A stretch of 63,982 nucleotides of DNA, the filler included, from Octopus bimaculoides (lineage: Eukaryota), in assembly GCF_001194135.2 (NCBI RefSeq). It is 6 parts of 5 records of this genome, joined end to end, with 100 filler letters (N's around TTAATTAATTAA, not from the genome) between each part and the next. Parts side by side here need not be neighbours in the genome. Positions count along the whole stretch, not along the records: positions 31,419 to 44,199 come from NC_068987.1; positions 44,300 to 54,286 come from NC_068993.1; 4 more parts are not named here. One strand, 5' to 3'. Of the stretch, positions 37,343-51,547 are shown piece after piece; position 1 is the stretch's first letter; each line of letters begins with the position of its first letter. The notes below the pieces were generated by a model. That model worked only from the letters and a program-made list of their open reading frames with translations, searched no databases and had not been told where the DNA came from. The position numbers and the translations under genes were made by a program.

Positions 37343-37929
37343 GTTCCAAATTGACCTGTGATCAACTTTGCCTTTCACACTTCTGGAGACAATAAAATTA
37401 AGAGTTAAGTTCCAATGATATACCGTAGGTTTTTCAACTGGCGATAACTCTCTCCTAAAATCTGTGGCATTGTGCCAATGTAAGACGTTATTATCGTTAA
37501 TATTGTTACATTTGCTCTTTCTTTTATTACACTCGCCTCTGTTACAGCTTTGGTTACTTTTAATGTTCTTCCTATTAACTGTGTCGGTATATGAGTGTTT
37601 CTTTCGTTTTTTTTTTCTTGTACTTCTCTTGTTGTTTAATGTGTGTGAAGGTGGACTTGTCACTTCACTGTTTGAACTAACGTTACTATTAGTTTACGTG
37701 TTCATGGTGAATATATATATAACACACACAATCACAAACACTTTCTGTACCTTCATTTGCTTCTCCTCCCTATCTTTCGTTTGATATATATATATATATA
37801 TATATACAGATTGCTCTCTCTCTCTCTCTCGCTCTCTCTCTCGCTCTCTCTCTGTTTCTCTGTATATTTATGTGTGTGTATGCATGTATGGATGTCTGTA
37901 TGTGAGTGAGAGAGTGAGTGGGTGCGTAG

Positions 37930-38034
<105 letters not shown>

Positions 38035-38802
38035 CATGTATCTTTCTTACACGCGTTCATTCCCTCCATGCAAGCAGGTTTTGTAAACTTAATTTAGTAA
38101 TTTCTGCCTTCCTTCCTGCTATGTGTACATACCAGGTTATCGGTGTGTCAGAAATTGTGACGAAGGAAGGCAAGGTTTTATTATCAGCAATAGTTTTAAA
38201 AGTAGCCATTACCTACTTCAATAACATCATCCAATAACGTCTTATCTCGAGGGACCATTCCGTAAACATTTAACACAGAAACACTTTGATATGCATAAAA
38301 CAAGGGAGAGTTCAGCGATTAATGGCGTATTGATTGTAAACATTGCAAATTATTTCTTACATGGGTTATTGCTATTGATGTTGATGTTGGGGACGATGGT
38401 GGTAATGGTGGTGATGTTGCTGATGCTGTTGCTGATTCTGATGCTGTTGTTGATGTTGATAGTGTTGTTGATGCTGATGCTGTTGCTGCTGTAACCTATG
38501 ATAACCTTCTTTGATCAGACCTATGATCTAAACCGTAATCATCAAGAACTGCTTTCAAGTATTTCACATAAACGCCTATATTAGCCAACGCAGTCATCCA
38601 TTTCCAAAACGATAGCATTTAATTTCATGGAGACTTCGACGCTATTTCTAGCACACCGTTGGCTCGTTCAACTGGTTGATTTAGTTGCAGGTGTTACGTG
38701 TGCTTCATTTGCAATCATAATAATATTAAATTCTGACCCTCTTGGATATAACTGAAATCCCAGTCTGATGTCATTTAATTAACATCTGCTAATTAACCTT
38801 CA

Positions 38803-38915
38803 GTGAGGGCATGTGGCATCGTGGTTAGGGTGTTGCACTCACGATTGTGATTTCAATTCTTGAAGCAGGTGATTCGTTGGGTTTTGGGGCAAAACGTTTC
38901 ATTTCATGTTTGCTC
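38803..38915 (+). mobile_element. SINE family B1, decayed head
   Basis: gtgagggcatgtggcatcgtggttagggtgttg...ggcaaaacgtttcatttcatgtttgctc resembles the head of 19406-19670. Confidence 0.6.
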
Positions 38916-39020
38916 TGCGATCTCTTCGACACTTGAAGAGTGCCACACCGTGCGACTCTACACGCATTGGAGATTTGATGAGTGAGCTAAAGACAGTACA
39001 AACATTGGATCACCTGCTAT

Positions 39021-39413
39021 TTGTTGGCACTCCGTCGCTTACGACGTCGAGGGTTCCAGTTGATCCGATCAACGGAACAGCCTACTCGTGAAATTATCGT
39101 GCAAGTGGCTGAGTACTCCACAGACACGTGTACCCTTAACGTAGTTCTCGGGGGTATTCAGCGTGACACAGTGTGACACAGTGTGACAAGGCTGACCCTT
39201 TGAATTGCAGGCACAACAGAAACAGGAAGTAAGAGTGAGAGAAAGTTGTGGTGAAAGAGTACAGCAGGGTTCGCCACCGTCCCCTGCCGGAGCCTCGTGG
39301 AGCTTTAGGTGTTTTCGCTCAATAAACACTCACAACGCCCGGTCTGAGAATCGAAATCGCGATCCTATGACCGCGAGTCCACTGCCCTAACCACTGGGCC
39401 ATTGCGCCTCCAC
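39021..39413 (-). mobile_element. tRNA-derived SINE family B2, full length
   Basis: gtggaggcgcaatggcccagtggttagggcagtggactc head; body near-identical to 54387-54694; ends gacggagtgccaacaa. Confidence 0.9.
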
Positions 39414-39652
39414 ATGGAGTCACTATAAACAAATAATCTACGCAGGTTGTTCTGCAAGACATTGTAGAGTTCTCATCTATGACAGAAGAATCCACCATCG
39501 CTAATTAAATAATAAACTGAATTCAAAACTTTATTTCTCTTCTCTTCGAGAGTAAATGTTTTGTTTCATGAATTACTCAGTGGTTTCAAAGCCAAAATTT
39601 TTTCAGTTTTAAAATGTTGTTTAACCATAGACATAGCAGTGCAGTTGATATA

Positions 39653-39729
39653 CAGGGTGCGGCAGAAAGGTTGCTGCGATTTCAAAGGTTAATGAGTTGA
39701 AATCGGGGCAACTTTTCTGCCGCACCCTG
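39653..39729. mobile_element. 77-bp Tc1/mariner MITE
   Basis: TA|cagggtgcggcagaaaggttgctgcgatttcaa-aggttaatgag-ttgaaatcggggcaacttttctgccgcaccctg|TA. Confidence 0.9.
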
Positions 39730-40109
39730 TATTTAGATATTTTGGGGGCTTCGCAACGATACCGTTCATTATTTGATGTTGATGTTCATTACTTTGGTCA
39801 AGTGTCTTCTAATTTAGTTTCGTATTGAGTTCTCTCAGTAGAATCTGAAAAGCGAAAACTATGCTGAAGCCTTTCTATATGTGTATGTATGTATGTATGT
39901 ATGTATGTATTATTATTATTATTATGTATTATTGTGAAGTGATATAGTAAAGACTGCCGTTTGCTGCTTTGAGATAACGGCCTATTTATTAAAAGGATGC
40001 TCATTTTCGCGTTGTCAAAGTAAGTTTTAAGATGAGGAGGAGAAGGTGAGGAATTGGGAGGGGATAAGGGATGGAAGAGGAAGAGTAATGATTCGATTTC
40101 GATGACGAC

Positions 40110-40510
40110 GGAAGGATATGAATGCGTTGACGGTGTTAACAATATTTGAAATGTGGAAACTCCATAGACTGAGCAGAAATGCTGAAAAGATATGGCAGCA
40201 TACACTGCGGTACTAGAAAAGCAAAAACTGCAAAGGCACATATTGTCGAGAATCAAGTCCACAGAGTTATATTTTGGAGATACGATGCAACACAAGTAAT
40301 TATTCAAGACCTTCCTGGCAGGAAGTATAGAGGGGAGAGAGAGAGTAACAGGCCGCAAAAGATGTTTGTAAAGAATAGATCGAAAACAATAGGTTGGATA
40401 ATTGCATGCATCCATCACAACCTAAAGGGAACTGAAAACAAGTGCCCTACCTGTGTCCAAAATTTCCGCAAATCGAACCATGGACACATGGCTGGCACTT
40501 GGCTGATGGC
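40110..40510 (+). mobile_element. RTE-like LINE, decayed 3' fragment
   Basis: GYE, FEMW and LSRIKSTELYFGDTMQHK*LFKTFLAGSIEGR motifs in mixed frames. Confidence 0.55.
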
Positions 40511-40770
40511 CGATGATGGTGTTATGTTAGGGTAACATAACAATTAAGGCGAGGCATTTTTCCGACACTTTAACGATTTTGCAAATCTTCAACTAGTTAT
40601 AAAAATACTACGACAGCTATATTATCTATTAAAGAAAACTGAAGATTTAGTATAATGATAAACCAACAAATAGTAAAGGAATCAAATGAATGAGCGAGCT
40701 TCAAATCTACAACTAGTTATGAAAATTTTCTGACAGCTATTCTCTACTCTAAATTTACCTCAAGCAAAAA

Positions 40771-40990
40771 AGACGGCGAGCTGGTAGAACCATTAACACT
40801 CCGAGCAAAAATGCTTAACGACATTCCGCCTGTCTCCACGCCCGATTTCAAATTCCACCGTAATCGACCTTCCCTTTCATCCCTTTCGGGCTCAATAGAA
40901 TAGGCACCATTCGAGCACTGGGGTCGATGTAAGTGACCTACCACCCCTACCCTCGAAATTGGTAGCCTTGTGCTAAAGTTTGAAATCAAT
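40771..40990 (+). mobile_element. SINE family C
   Basis: gacggcgagctggtagaacc...ttcaaattcc...gagcactggggtcgatgtaag...gccttgtgctaaagtttgaaa. Confidence 0.8.
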
Positions 40991-41558
40991 TTACCCCCAG
41001 AGAAAACTGAACGTTTAGTATAATGACAAGACAACAAAAATTTAAGGAGGGTAGTGAATAAGCGAGCTTCAATAAGTCTGTATTAGTGACATGATATTTA
41101 TTAGCCAACACACTACTTTCCTTCTAGTGTCTTTAAATCTAAAATTATGTTGAAGCCAGACTGAATATATTATTTTTCATAATTGGTTTAGTGATTTGTT
41201 TACTGTGTATACTGCAGTATTTTCTCGAAATTATTGTTGAAACAGCTGACAATTATATCATAGTGATGTGGTGCAATTTGGTTGTTGTTGCTTAGACAGA
41301 CATTAAGTACATAAGTAGTGAAAAAATTCATGTCTAAATAGAAAGTACAGAGACAGACCAAAAGAAAGAAAGAAAAAGAATGTAGTTTCCATAACGCCCG
41401 AGATTAATTGAGATAGCAACAGGCAGTCTTTTGACTTTAAGCCATCACAACTAACGCACGCAAATATACGCGCGCACGCATCCGTTTCTTGTTGACTGTC
41501 GGAAAAAAGATGCCTCTATGCCATGGTAAAATAACATTACATATTATTTTCATCGTCT

Positions 41559-41648
41559 CAGTTTCTTGCATCTCTGAGTTTCGCCCGTGGGTGTAAACGG
41601 TCTTCAGGCAGTGCACCCTCAGGCGAAACTCAGAGCAACAAGAGGCTG
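41559..41648. repeat. Short palindrome containing hammerhead-like boxes
   Basis: Arms ctctgagtttcgcc / ggcgaaactcagag; minus strand actgc-CTGAAGA-CCGT-ttacaccc-ACGG-gc-GAAAC. Confidence 0.75.
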
Positions 41649-42157
41649 CTTCGACTCAAACACAATATTTATATGCCCAGGTGTGAGTATGTATGTTTAT
41701 ATATATATATATATATATATATNNNNNNNNNNNNNNNNNNNNNNNNNNNNNNNNNNNNNNNNNNNNNNNNNNNNNNNNNNNNNNNNNNNNNNNNNNNNNN
41801 NNNNNNNNNNNNNNNNNNNNNNNNNNNNNNNNNNNNNNNNNNNNNNNNNNNNNNNNNNNNNNNNNNNNNNNNNNNNNNNNNNNNNNNNNNNNNNNNNNNN
41901 NNNNNNNNNNNNNNNNNNNNNNNNNNNNNNNNNNNNNNNNNNNNNNNNNNNNNNNNNNNNNNNNNNNNNNNNNNNNNNNNNNNNNNNNNNNNNNNNNNNN
42001 NNNNNNNNNNNNNNNNNNNNNNNNNNNNNNNNNNNNNNNNNNNNNNNNNNNNNNNNNNNNNNNNNNNNNNNNNNNNNNNNNNNNNNNNNNNNNNNNNNNN
42101 NNNNNNNNNNNNNNNNNNNNNNNNNNNNNNNNNNNNNNNNNNNTATATAAATATATA

Positions 42158-43007
42158 CAAGACGGTATCGATATGTTCCCGGACTAGTTGTGTAGCGTGC
42201 CAACAGACAGCAGCATACGGCTGTGTACGCAGTAAGTGTTAGCAGTGACCTTCTTCAGGCAGTCTGCCGAGTGACGTCCCTGTGATTACTTTGCAAATTG
42301 TGGAATTTGTGTTTTTTGTGATTACGTGTATGATGTAATCAGCAATTTTGTCATGAACAGGAACAAACAGTCAACGTGAAAATTTGCGTTAAACTTGGTA
42401 AGTCTACTACAGAGACACTGAACATGCTTCGGCAAGCTTATGGAGTATGCAAAGTTTCGAATGGCACGAATGCTTCAAAAGCGGAAGAACATCCCTGGAA
42501 GGTGATGAGTGATCTGTAAAACCTGCCACGAGCATCATCCCCGGAAATTTGTATTGTACATCGAGAATTCGTCCCCCAGGACCAGACCGTCAGTCTAGAG
42601 TTCTACTGCAACGTTTTGAAGAGTTTGCGGGAGGACATTCGGGGAGAGTGACGACAAGGCACCCTGTCTCGACAACAAGGCACCCTATCACCGAGCTCTC
42701 TTCACTGGTGGGTTTCCAGACAAAACGACGTGGTGTTGCTTCTGCACCCACCCTACTCTACAGATTTAGCGCCTTCGGATTTCCATATCGTCACCAAGAG
42801 GAAAATGCAGCTCACAGATCACCGTTTTAACACCGTTGTCAAAGATCCAGGGCAAATAGCAAGTCCTCCACGGATTTTAAAAGTGGCAGAAACGCTGGGA
42901 TCGGTGTATTGCTGCGCAAGGTGACTATTTCGAAAGAGATGATATTACGTAAATAAGTTATTTTTTATTAAACATAACCAATCCGGAAACGTTTTGATAC
43001 CACCTCG
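42158..43007 (+). mobile_element. Mariner element, internally deleted, both TIRs present
   Basis: TA-flanked TIRs caagacggtatcgatatgttcccggactagtt / aaccaatccggaaacgttttgataccacctcg; VKICVKLGKSTTETLNMLRQAYG; HPPYSTDLAPSDFH; WDRCIAAQGDYFE. Confidence 0.9.
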
Positions 43008-43744
43008 TATATATCATCAACAGATGAGATCTTGAGATGCTCAATATAGAAAATACGTAGTAGTGCTCAAATAATTTCAACTCGTACACACCAGAGTTTT
43101 ATCGAGGACTCAGTTCACGGAGCAAAGTGTGGCTTGGCTACAAGAAAACTTCAGGTGAACTGATATGGAGATAGTGATGCATATAAACACGAGTTGACTG
43201 TATATATATAAATACAGATACATATACTCATGTAGATGTATATAGCAATATGCAAAAATTGAAAATATCCAGACAATAAACATTTATGTACAAGCGTATA
43301 GATACTCGGTGACGAAGGGAGCCAGTTTTCGTTAATGTTTATATGCATCCATCTACTGTTTACATCCATCTACTGCTATGACTTTTTCAAGACCCCATCT
43401 GCTAATTATGAACATTGTAATTGTTACATAATTCCGAGCTCGCAGAAACAGCTGTCGAGTTAAAAAACTATGTACTTCCCTTCAGTTTTCTCTATTTCTT
43501 AATACTCCATGTAAATTTACATCTCAATATGTATATAAATATCTATATGTTTATACGTAAGTGTATATCGCCTGAATATTTTCAGTTTTTGCATATCCCT
43601 ACATATAAATCCACGTGTGTAGATGCATGCATATATGGATGTATGTGTGTATATAAATATATAAATATACATATACACACACATATATCAGAAATAATCG
43701 TGTTTACATGCCTTACTAACTCCGTCTCTCTCTCTCTTTTCTCG

Positions 43745-43808
<64 letters not shown>

Positions 43809-44066
43809 ATATATATATATATATATACACACACATTCCCGTACACACACACACACGCACACACAACTCAGTCACTAAGATGGGGTTTATTGTGACTATG
43901 AGTTGTTTTGACTTATTTCTAGCATCACTGGTGCTCAATAGTGCATTCAGTCACTTTAGGGGCGAATATATTTTTGCCTTTCGTTTTAAAAATGGCTAAC
44001 AAACCACCTTTATTATATATATATATATATATATAGACATAGAGAGAATGAGAGATAGATAGATAT

Positions 44067-44121
<55 letters not shown>

Positions 44122-44299
44122 TAATATATATATATATGTATATGTCTATATGCATATATACATATATACATATATATAATATATATATATAAATATATAN
44201 NNNNNNNNNNNNNNNNNNNNNNNNNNNNNNNNNNNNNNNNNNNTTAATTAATTAANNNNNNNNNNNNNNNNNNNNNNNNNNNNNNNNNNNNNNNNNNNN

Positions 44300-44520
44300 G
44301 CACCGCGGTACCACCACCACCCATGTTTGGCAGACAGGGAGAAAAATAAATGTCGAAATGTCCACCAAACATGGACTTGAGGGCCCGCGCGTTACTGAGT
44401 CTGGTTTCACTGATAGCCATGATTTCTATGTTCTGTGACTTGATGTCATTTAGAAGGTAACCTTGCTTCCAAGCTGAGGCCAAGCCACGTACAGTTACAC
44501 AACCTAATTTAAGCATAGTT
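44300..44520 (-). pseudogene. L1/Tx1-clade APE endonuclease N-terminus, truncated by gap
   Basis: MLKLGCVTVRGL...LLNDIKSQNIEIMAISETRL...GGGGTAV. Confidence 0.8.
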
Positions 44521-44714
44521 GAAGTCGAAATTTGTGTTTCATACACGACAGTAAAAGAGACAAGAGAGAAGGTTACTTACTCGTTTCGAAAGTTTTAGCT
44601 TCCTCTTCTTTTGAAGTATCTTGGATGAGGTTTTTGAAGAGTTTCTTTGATAAATATTTTTGGAACCCTCCAACCGCATTTGGAAAGAGGGTTTTGAGTG
44701 TGTGGTGCTGCGTT

Positions 44715-44771
<57 letters not shown>

Positions 44772-44796
44772 GTAGATAGATAGATAGATAGGTAGG

Positions 44797-44854
<58 letters not shown>

Positions 44855-45711
44855 CAGAAAGAGGAGAAAGAAAAAGAGAAAAAGAGGAAGAGAAAGAGGG
44901 AGAGATAGAAAAAAGACAATGTGAGCAAGTGAAAGAGGGAAAGAGAGCGGGAGAGCGAGCGAGAGAGGCAGACAGACAGAAAGAGAAAGAGAAATAAGAA
45001 GTTTCAAAGAAAGAGAAAAGGAGAGAGAAATAAAGTGTGAGAGCGAGGGAGAGAATAGACAGAGACAGACAGAGAAAGAGAGAATAAAAGTGACAAAAAC
45101 GGAGAGAGAGAGAAAGAACGAGTGAGAGAGAGTTGAGAAAGATAGAGAACGAAAGAAACTTTAAAACGTCTGATGTCAAATTGGGCAGCGTCGAATCAGA
45201 ATTTTTCCTATTCTCTACTTCAATCATTATGTAAAAGAACGTGGTTAGAAGGGCGGCATCACTTAATATATGAAATGTGAAAGAACTGATTCCGATTCCA
45301 ACATACTGTTTCCATAAATCCATCCTGACACTTCATGTGAATAAACTACATTTCATATATTCTCCTTGAACAGTGTAAGCTCTTTCCGTCAATTTTAAGC
45401 CTAGATAATCTTAAACATCTATAAATTAAAAGTAATATGGTCTTGTATAATTTGTCAGTAGGGTAGGTATATTAGTCAAAGCATTCACTATTATAGATCC
45501 ATTTCAGTCGATCTTCTGTCATCTCAGAAGAGCTCGCAATATTAATTAACCGTTATGTAATACACGTTCAGTTAATACCCGTTGCGAAACCGATTCATAA
45601 CATTGGCTGAAATACATATATAATGTTGTACATAAATCAACAATATATATATATATACATAAATACATGCATACATATATAGATATATACATACATACAT
45701 GTGTGTGTATG

Positions 45712-45950
45712 CATGCAATGTGTGCCAGAAGGTTTGCAAATCTAACGGAGTCTTCAAAAGAAAATTTAAGATCTACGAAGATCAGAACTTATCTGCAGCT
45801 CTTGGTGGTCCAAATCGGATATGCAATCTATGTGGGTGTCTTTTCAAAACATTGTCTGGTTTAAAAAGCCACATCAGATGCCATGATGGTTCTAAGGTGT
45901 AGGTAGAGGAGGTGGTCAAACTCTGCATAAGGAGAAGACAACTACCATAT
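45712..45950 (+). mobile_element. RTE-type LINE 3' end with C-terminal zinc fingers
   Basis: CNVCQKVCKS...ICNLCGCLFKTLSGLKSHIRCH* followed by a short 3' UTR. Confidence 0.65.
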
Positions 45951-45953
45951 ATA

Positions 45954-46779
45954 CACATATACCTCTGGTTAAGTCGTTTCGACTAATGGCATTTTCGAAG
46001 ATATGTCGGTTTTTCTAAAGTATTAAATAAATATTAAATACAGTATTAATTTACGTTGCCTGGCAAAGCGGTAATAACTTTCATAAAATACTGTACTTTT
46101 AGTTACGGGTTGTATCAATTGGTTATGTTTGTGCTTGTCTCTGGGAAATAAAAAAAAACAGGCCATAGAAACATATAATTTGTGTAGTATATTAAAATTC
46201 AATTTTAAATTACAATATATATCATTGATCCCGGGCCACGTCGTTTACATTGAAGAAAATGCAGGAGACTTTTTCTCATTTAGATAAACGTCTTGCTTTA
46301 TTTGAGGAAATGGATCCCAATGCACAACGTTTTGTAAAAATATTGGCGCATTGTCAAGATACTATTGCACCGTATTACCTAATCCTTGAAGAGAAGACGG
46401 AAAAGACGATTCATGTAACTTTAGACAAGTTCACACTATGATCTGCGCCATCAGAATATGAATCAGCTGATGATGCCCACTCGTTGACATCTAGTGTATA
46501 ATCTCCTCCTCCTCCAGCCTCAGCGAGTACCACCAACGACAGCCATCAGGTAGGCAACAGTACAATATTTGAAATTATTTCTTTCTAATATAAAAGCAGC
46601 TTAGGCTTGCCTAACAATTTACCGAATTCGTAGGCTAACATCAAAACAACCTAGGTTAGCCTAGGTTTTAATTATTACATGTATATATATTTAAATGATA
46701 GTTATTTCGACTTCAATCGTTTTTCGACTTAAGTCGTGTACTCTAGAACCGATTAACGACGTATAGTGAGGTATGATTG
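45954..46779 (+). mobile_element. Tigger/pogo-like non-autonomous element
   Basis: TA-flanked ends cacatatacctctggttaagtcg / cgacgtatagtgaggtatgattg; internal FEEMDPNAQRFVKI...YYLILEEK...TLDKF resembles Tigger transposase C-termini. Confidence 0.7.
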
Positions 46780-49316
46780 TATATACATGCGCATGCGTAG
46801 GTACTTACAGGCGTCATATATTAATGCATATACTTTGGCCAACACACAAACGGACAGGCGTGTATGTTGTGTGTGTGTGTGGGTGTTTGTGATTGTGTGC
46901 TTGTGTGTGTATGTGTGTGCGTGTGTGCGTGTCCGTGCGTGTGTTTACACATAGAGGTTACGAGTTGCAACGAACTAAAAAGAAGTAAAAACCGGACGTA
47001 TAAAGAAAGATATATACTTGGATGTCTTGAGGTGTTTGAGAGAGTTAGTTTATTGGCAGTGGCATAAGACATGAACGAGGGAAACCTAAATACTGCTCTA
47101 AGACAATGTACCTTCTTACGAGTCATTTGCTACTCATGGCACTTTGGCTTTGCAAGAGACAACCTTCGTTTTCAGAGCCATCGTAGTCTTTTGATTTGGT
47201 TGCGGTGAACATTTTTTCCACAAGTTAATATACGCTCTGAGTGACTATAGTTGTTAAACGATACTAGAGTTGGAAGACTTATAGAAAAAAATGTCACTCG
47301 ATTAAGTAACGTAAGTATTGGTGTCAATTTCTCGACTAAACTATTGAAGGTGCTGCTCCAGCATGGCAATACTCCAGTGACTGATAGAAGTTGAAAAGGA
47401 AAAAAAGAAGAAACACTAGTTTAATGAGTAACAGGAAAAAATATTTTAGTCTTTATCAAAATAAATAATGTTTTCTGTGTGTCGTTAATTAATTCTAAGC
47501 TTCAGGAAAATTACAAACAAAAATTTGTCCATAATATCTTAGCATTTATGGTTTCTTCGGTTCTTAGAAAATGAAAAGGTCAACTTAACATTACCCATGG
47601 ATTGAATCGATGGATCGATAAGATGTATAGATTTGATTGATGAGATGGATTAGTTAGACACTATAACTGCGCAATAACAATTTATTATTCGAAATTATCG
47701 AATTATCAAATGAAATCTTAGTGCTGCCGTTGTTCTTGTTGTGGTTGTTGTTCTTTCTATTTGTTGTACTCAATTTAATGTTAGATTTTATGCGGGCAGC
47801 AATTAAAATATCTAATTAGAAAACTAATATGGAACGTGCAATAGAAAATGGCTATCGATGACTAATATTATTCTAATAGCTTCATGATAACATCGATGTA
47901 GTGTATTCCAAGTATGACCATCTTGACTTTATTTTCCTGAAACTATGGTAATATGCAAGTCCACAATATCCATTGTGTTACTTTTTGTTTTACAAAATAG
48001 TATCTGACTAGGTTATGTAGAACTGCTTACTAATTTTAGCTGGTTCAACGACCGGAAATGGACCTATCTCATAGTCTCATGTATAATATTCATAATGCTC
48101 GCACACACAAACACATGTATGCACACACACGTGTATATACACTAACCATTTCGAAAAGCCACAAATACCAGAGCTGTCATAACTAAAAGAATAGAGCCTA
48201 GGCAATTTCCTAGAGAATGGAATAGATGCAGTCAAATGTAAAACATCTTCAACGAACTCTCATATCAACAGTCTAAAATGCAAGTGTCTGATATGAAAAA
48301 AAAATACCAGACTGGTGCATGGGCCACCTATGAAATATAAGAACCTTAAGGAAAAATTACTCTAAAAGACTGCTTATATACACATCTCAGCATTGTTTTC
48401 AATCAAACAACCGAACAAATTCATAACATGGATAAAGCTACCTCTACAGACAAAAATTATAGATTTGGTAGTTGTATCAAAAGTAAATAAGGCATTAGGA
48501 TGTACAGCCGTGACAACACAATGTGGAGTATTCAGATTTTTAAATCGTGTTCCATCGTGTCCTTAACCACCATGATGGCTAAAAGGAATTAAAGTAGTAA
48601 AGAGCTAAAAGCTTAACAGTTATCATTTTACCTTTAATGTAAGTATTGATTTCATTTCATTCAATCACCAAGCGGACAATCGCGTAGGACATTTTTTTTT
48701 TAAGCGATATAGCTGAACAATGGTTGATATAAATAGGCAGTCGAAATATATATCTATTCTCAATATAAATTCACAGCACATATTTTTGTAAGGTTAAATG
48801 TCTTTTAGGTGTCAACATCAGTCTTTATTTGAAAGTTTTCATTGATGTCTTTATTTTTACTTTTTTTTTATGGTTGAAATATCATTGGAATTACTAAGAC
48901 TATATCGAAAGATCACACAAGTTGCAAATTGTGGTGAAATTTCTCAAGAAAACGAAGTTTCTCCACATACTACAAATGGCTGATGTTGCTTTCAAATTAT
49001 ATTGGCACAAGTTGTTTATACTCTCTCAGAATGATAAGAATTTTTCCACTATAGTAAATTTCTAAAGTTTATATGGATATTCCGATATTCTTAAATCTAG
49101 TATGCTTTTAACAGAAATGGCTATGGTATATTTTCAAGCCGTCTCAATTATCTGACACAACCGTTAGGTCTCATAACTGATGTGTAATAACATTTTTACA
49201 AAACTTTACTTATATCAGCGAATTTTACTTCCTACTAAGATAAATGTCGATAAATGTTCGCATTCAAAGATGCAGTAAACTGGGAGAAAACGTGTACAAG
49301 TGGCAGGATCTATACA

Positions 49317-49391
<75 letters not shown>

Positions 49392-50660
49392 TCCTGCTCA
49401 CACGCCGATATATGTACATATTTTATATGTATGTATGTATATGTCTATGTCTGTACATTTATATATATGTATGTATATACGTATGTATATGTGTACATAC
49501 ATACAAACACATGTATATACATATGAACATACATTCATACAGAAATATGTATTTGCGATTGTGTATGTGAGTTTATAAATATATGTATATATACACATAC
49601 ACACATACATACACACACGCACACACACACACACACAAGCGCACACTCTCACGCACGTACAAACACAGACACGTATGTATTTATATGCATACAGATATAC
49701 TATAAATATCATCTGTTGTGATTTACACTACAACTCAAGGAATTGCTCCACATTATATTCGGTGAGTGAATGTCTTCTAAGTTGTCCATGCCTGGCAACA
49801 AGTATTACATTTGTTTCAATAATTCTTGCACCTCTTCAAGAATAAAGTGACTATATCACGAATTTCCTGTGATATGAAAGTTATAAACGCGTCCATGAAG
49901 ATGACATAATACGGGTATTGCAGGATAGAACGAACCATACAATGCAAGCATGGGGATAGTGCCACAGTAAAGACTGCACAACTGTAGTTAGATGGAAACT
50001 GAAAATATGGTAAACGTACAGACGAACGAAAAACGGACACAGAAGGTCCCTTGCTCCTCATCAGCTATCTGCAATTTCGTGCCCTTAACAATAATATTGC
50101 TTTGCATAAGTATGTATGTAAGAGAGAGAGTGTGTGAGTGTGTGTGTGTGTGTGCGTGGTAGGTGTCGTCGATGAAGGACCAGTTAGTCTCTCAAGTATT
50201 TCAGAGAAAGGATATTCTGAAGAGAGAATGGAAATAGGAATGATTATACAGTGTGCAAATCTGATATTGGCCATTATTTGTAGAAGCATAATAAATAATG
50301 CTAATAAATAACTTATGATATCTGAGGTGGTTGAAATACCCCAATTAAAGGGATAGTTTCGAGCGGCTAGACTAATTAAACTACAGCGTCTAAACAAGCG
50401 AAACGGTGAAGAATATTAAAGTCGTTGTTTTCGAGGTTAAAAATTCGGCAGAATATTGTGTGAGGAACTATTATCTGATACGAAAGAGTGATAAATCTCG
50501 AAACAAGATACACGTTTAATATATCAGCGATTTATTTAGTTCTTAATGACCATAACTAGGCGATTCAACTTCCTGCTTCTTATCGGTGTCTTAGACTGTT
50601 AGCGGAGATATTTATTATGAAGTCATTAAAAAGAAATGCTTCAGAAAACCGGATAAATTG

Positions 50661-50718
50661 ATTTGCATAAATTAACGCATTCGAACTTGGTGGCAAGGAT
50701 GCGTTAATTTATGCAAAT
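50661..50718. repeat. Perfect 20-bp inverted repeat with 18-nt loop
   Basis: atttgcataaattaacgcat / atgcgttaatttatgcaaat. Confidence 0.9.
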
Positions 50719-51130
50719 GGGTTTACCCAATTTTCTTCTTAGTGCACTTCTTAAGAGTGAATTTATAAACAATAACTCTATGGGCGATTAAGGAGACTAC
50801 TCCGTCCCTTATCACATCACGTTGAATCAATTAAAACTGGGATTAATGCGTCTGTATGTGTGTGAATGTACGAGTATGTACGTACATATGTATACGTATG
50901 TGTACATGTAAACATGTATGTGTGTATGAATATGTCTGTCTGTATATATACAGAAACAGACAGAAAAGGGACACAGAAACAAAGGAGAAGGAACTGGAGA
51001 AAAAGAAACCCATACGTACATACATACACACATACACACACGGATACAATACACACGCACGCACACACACACACACCCACACACACATATATATATTCAT
51101 ATAGATACATACATAAATATATATATATAC

Positions 51131-51547
51131 ATGGTTGTTTGGTAAGAAGCTTGCTTCTCAACCATATGGTTAAGAAGCTTGCTTCTCAACCATATGGTTC
51201 CGGGTTCAGTCCCACTGCTTGGCATCTTGGGTCAGTGTTTCTCTACTATAGCTTCGGGTCGACCAAAGCCTTATGAGTGAATTTGGTACACGGAAACTGG
51301 AAGAAGCCCGTCGTATGAATATATATATATATATGTATGTGTGCGTTTTATGTCTGTGTTTGTTTCTCCTCCCCCATCGCTTGGCAACTCATGCTGGTTT
51401 GTTTACGTCCCCGTAACTAAGCAGTTCGGTATAAGAGACCGATAGAGCTAGGCCTACAAAGAATAAGTCCTGGGGTCGATTTCCTCGACTAAAAACCAAG
51501 CAGTACTCCAGCATGGCAGCAGTCAAGTGACTAAAACAAGTAAAAGA
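51131..51547 (+). mobile_element. tRNA-derived SINE family A, full length
   Basis: ggtaagaagcttgcttctcaaccatatggttccgggttcagtccc head, internal TA repeat, tail ccagcatggcagcagtcaagtgactaaaacaagtaaaaga. Confidence 0.9.

Noticed and set aside
45150-45323. Hydrophobic ORF segment resembling a membrane-protein exon (also 50065-50397)
   Set aside because: No recognisable family or convincing splice sites; AT-rich DNA readily yields F/I/L-rich peptides.
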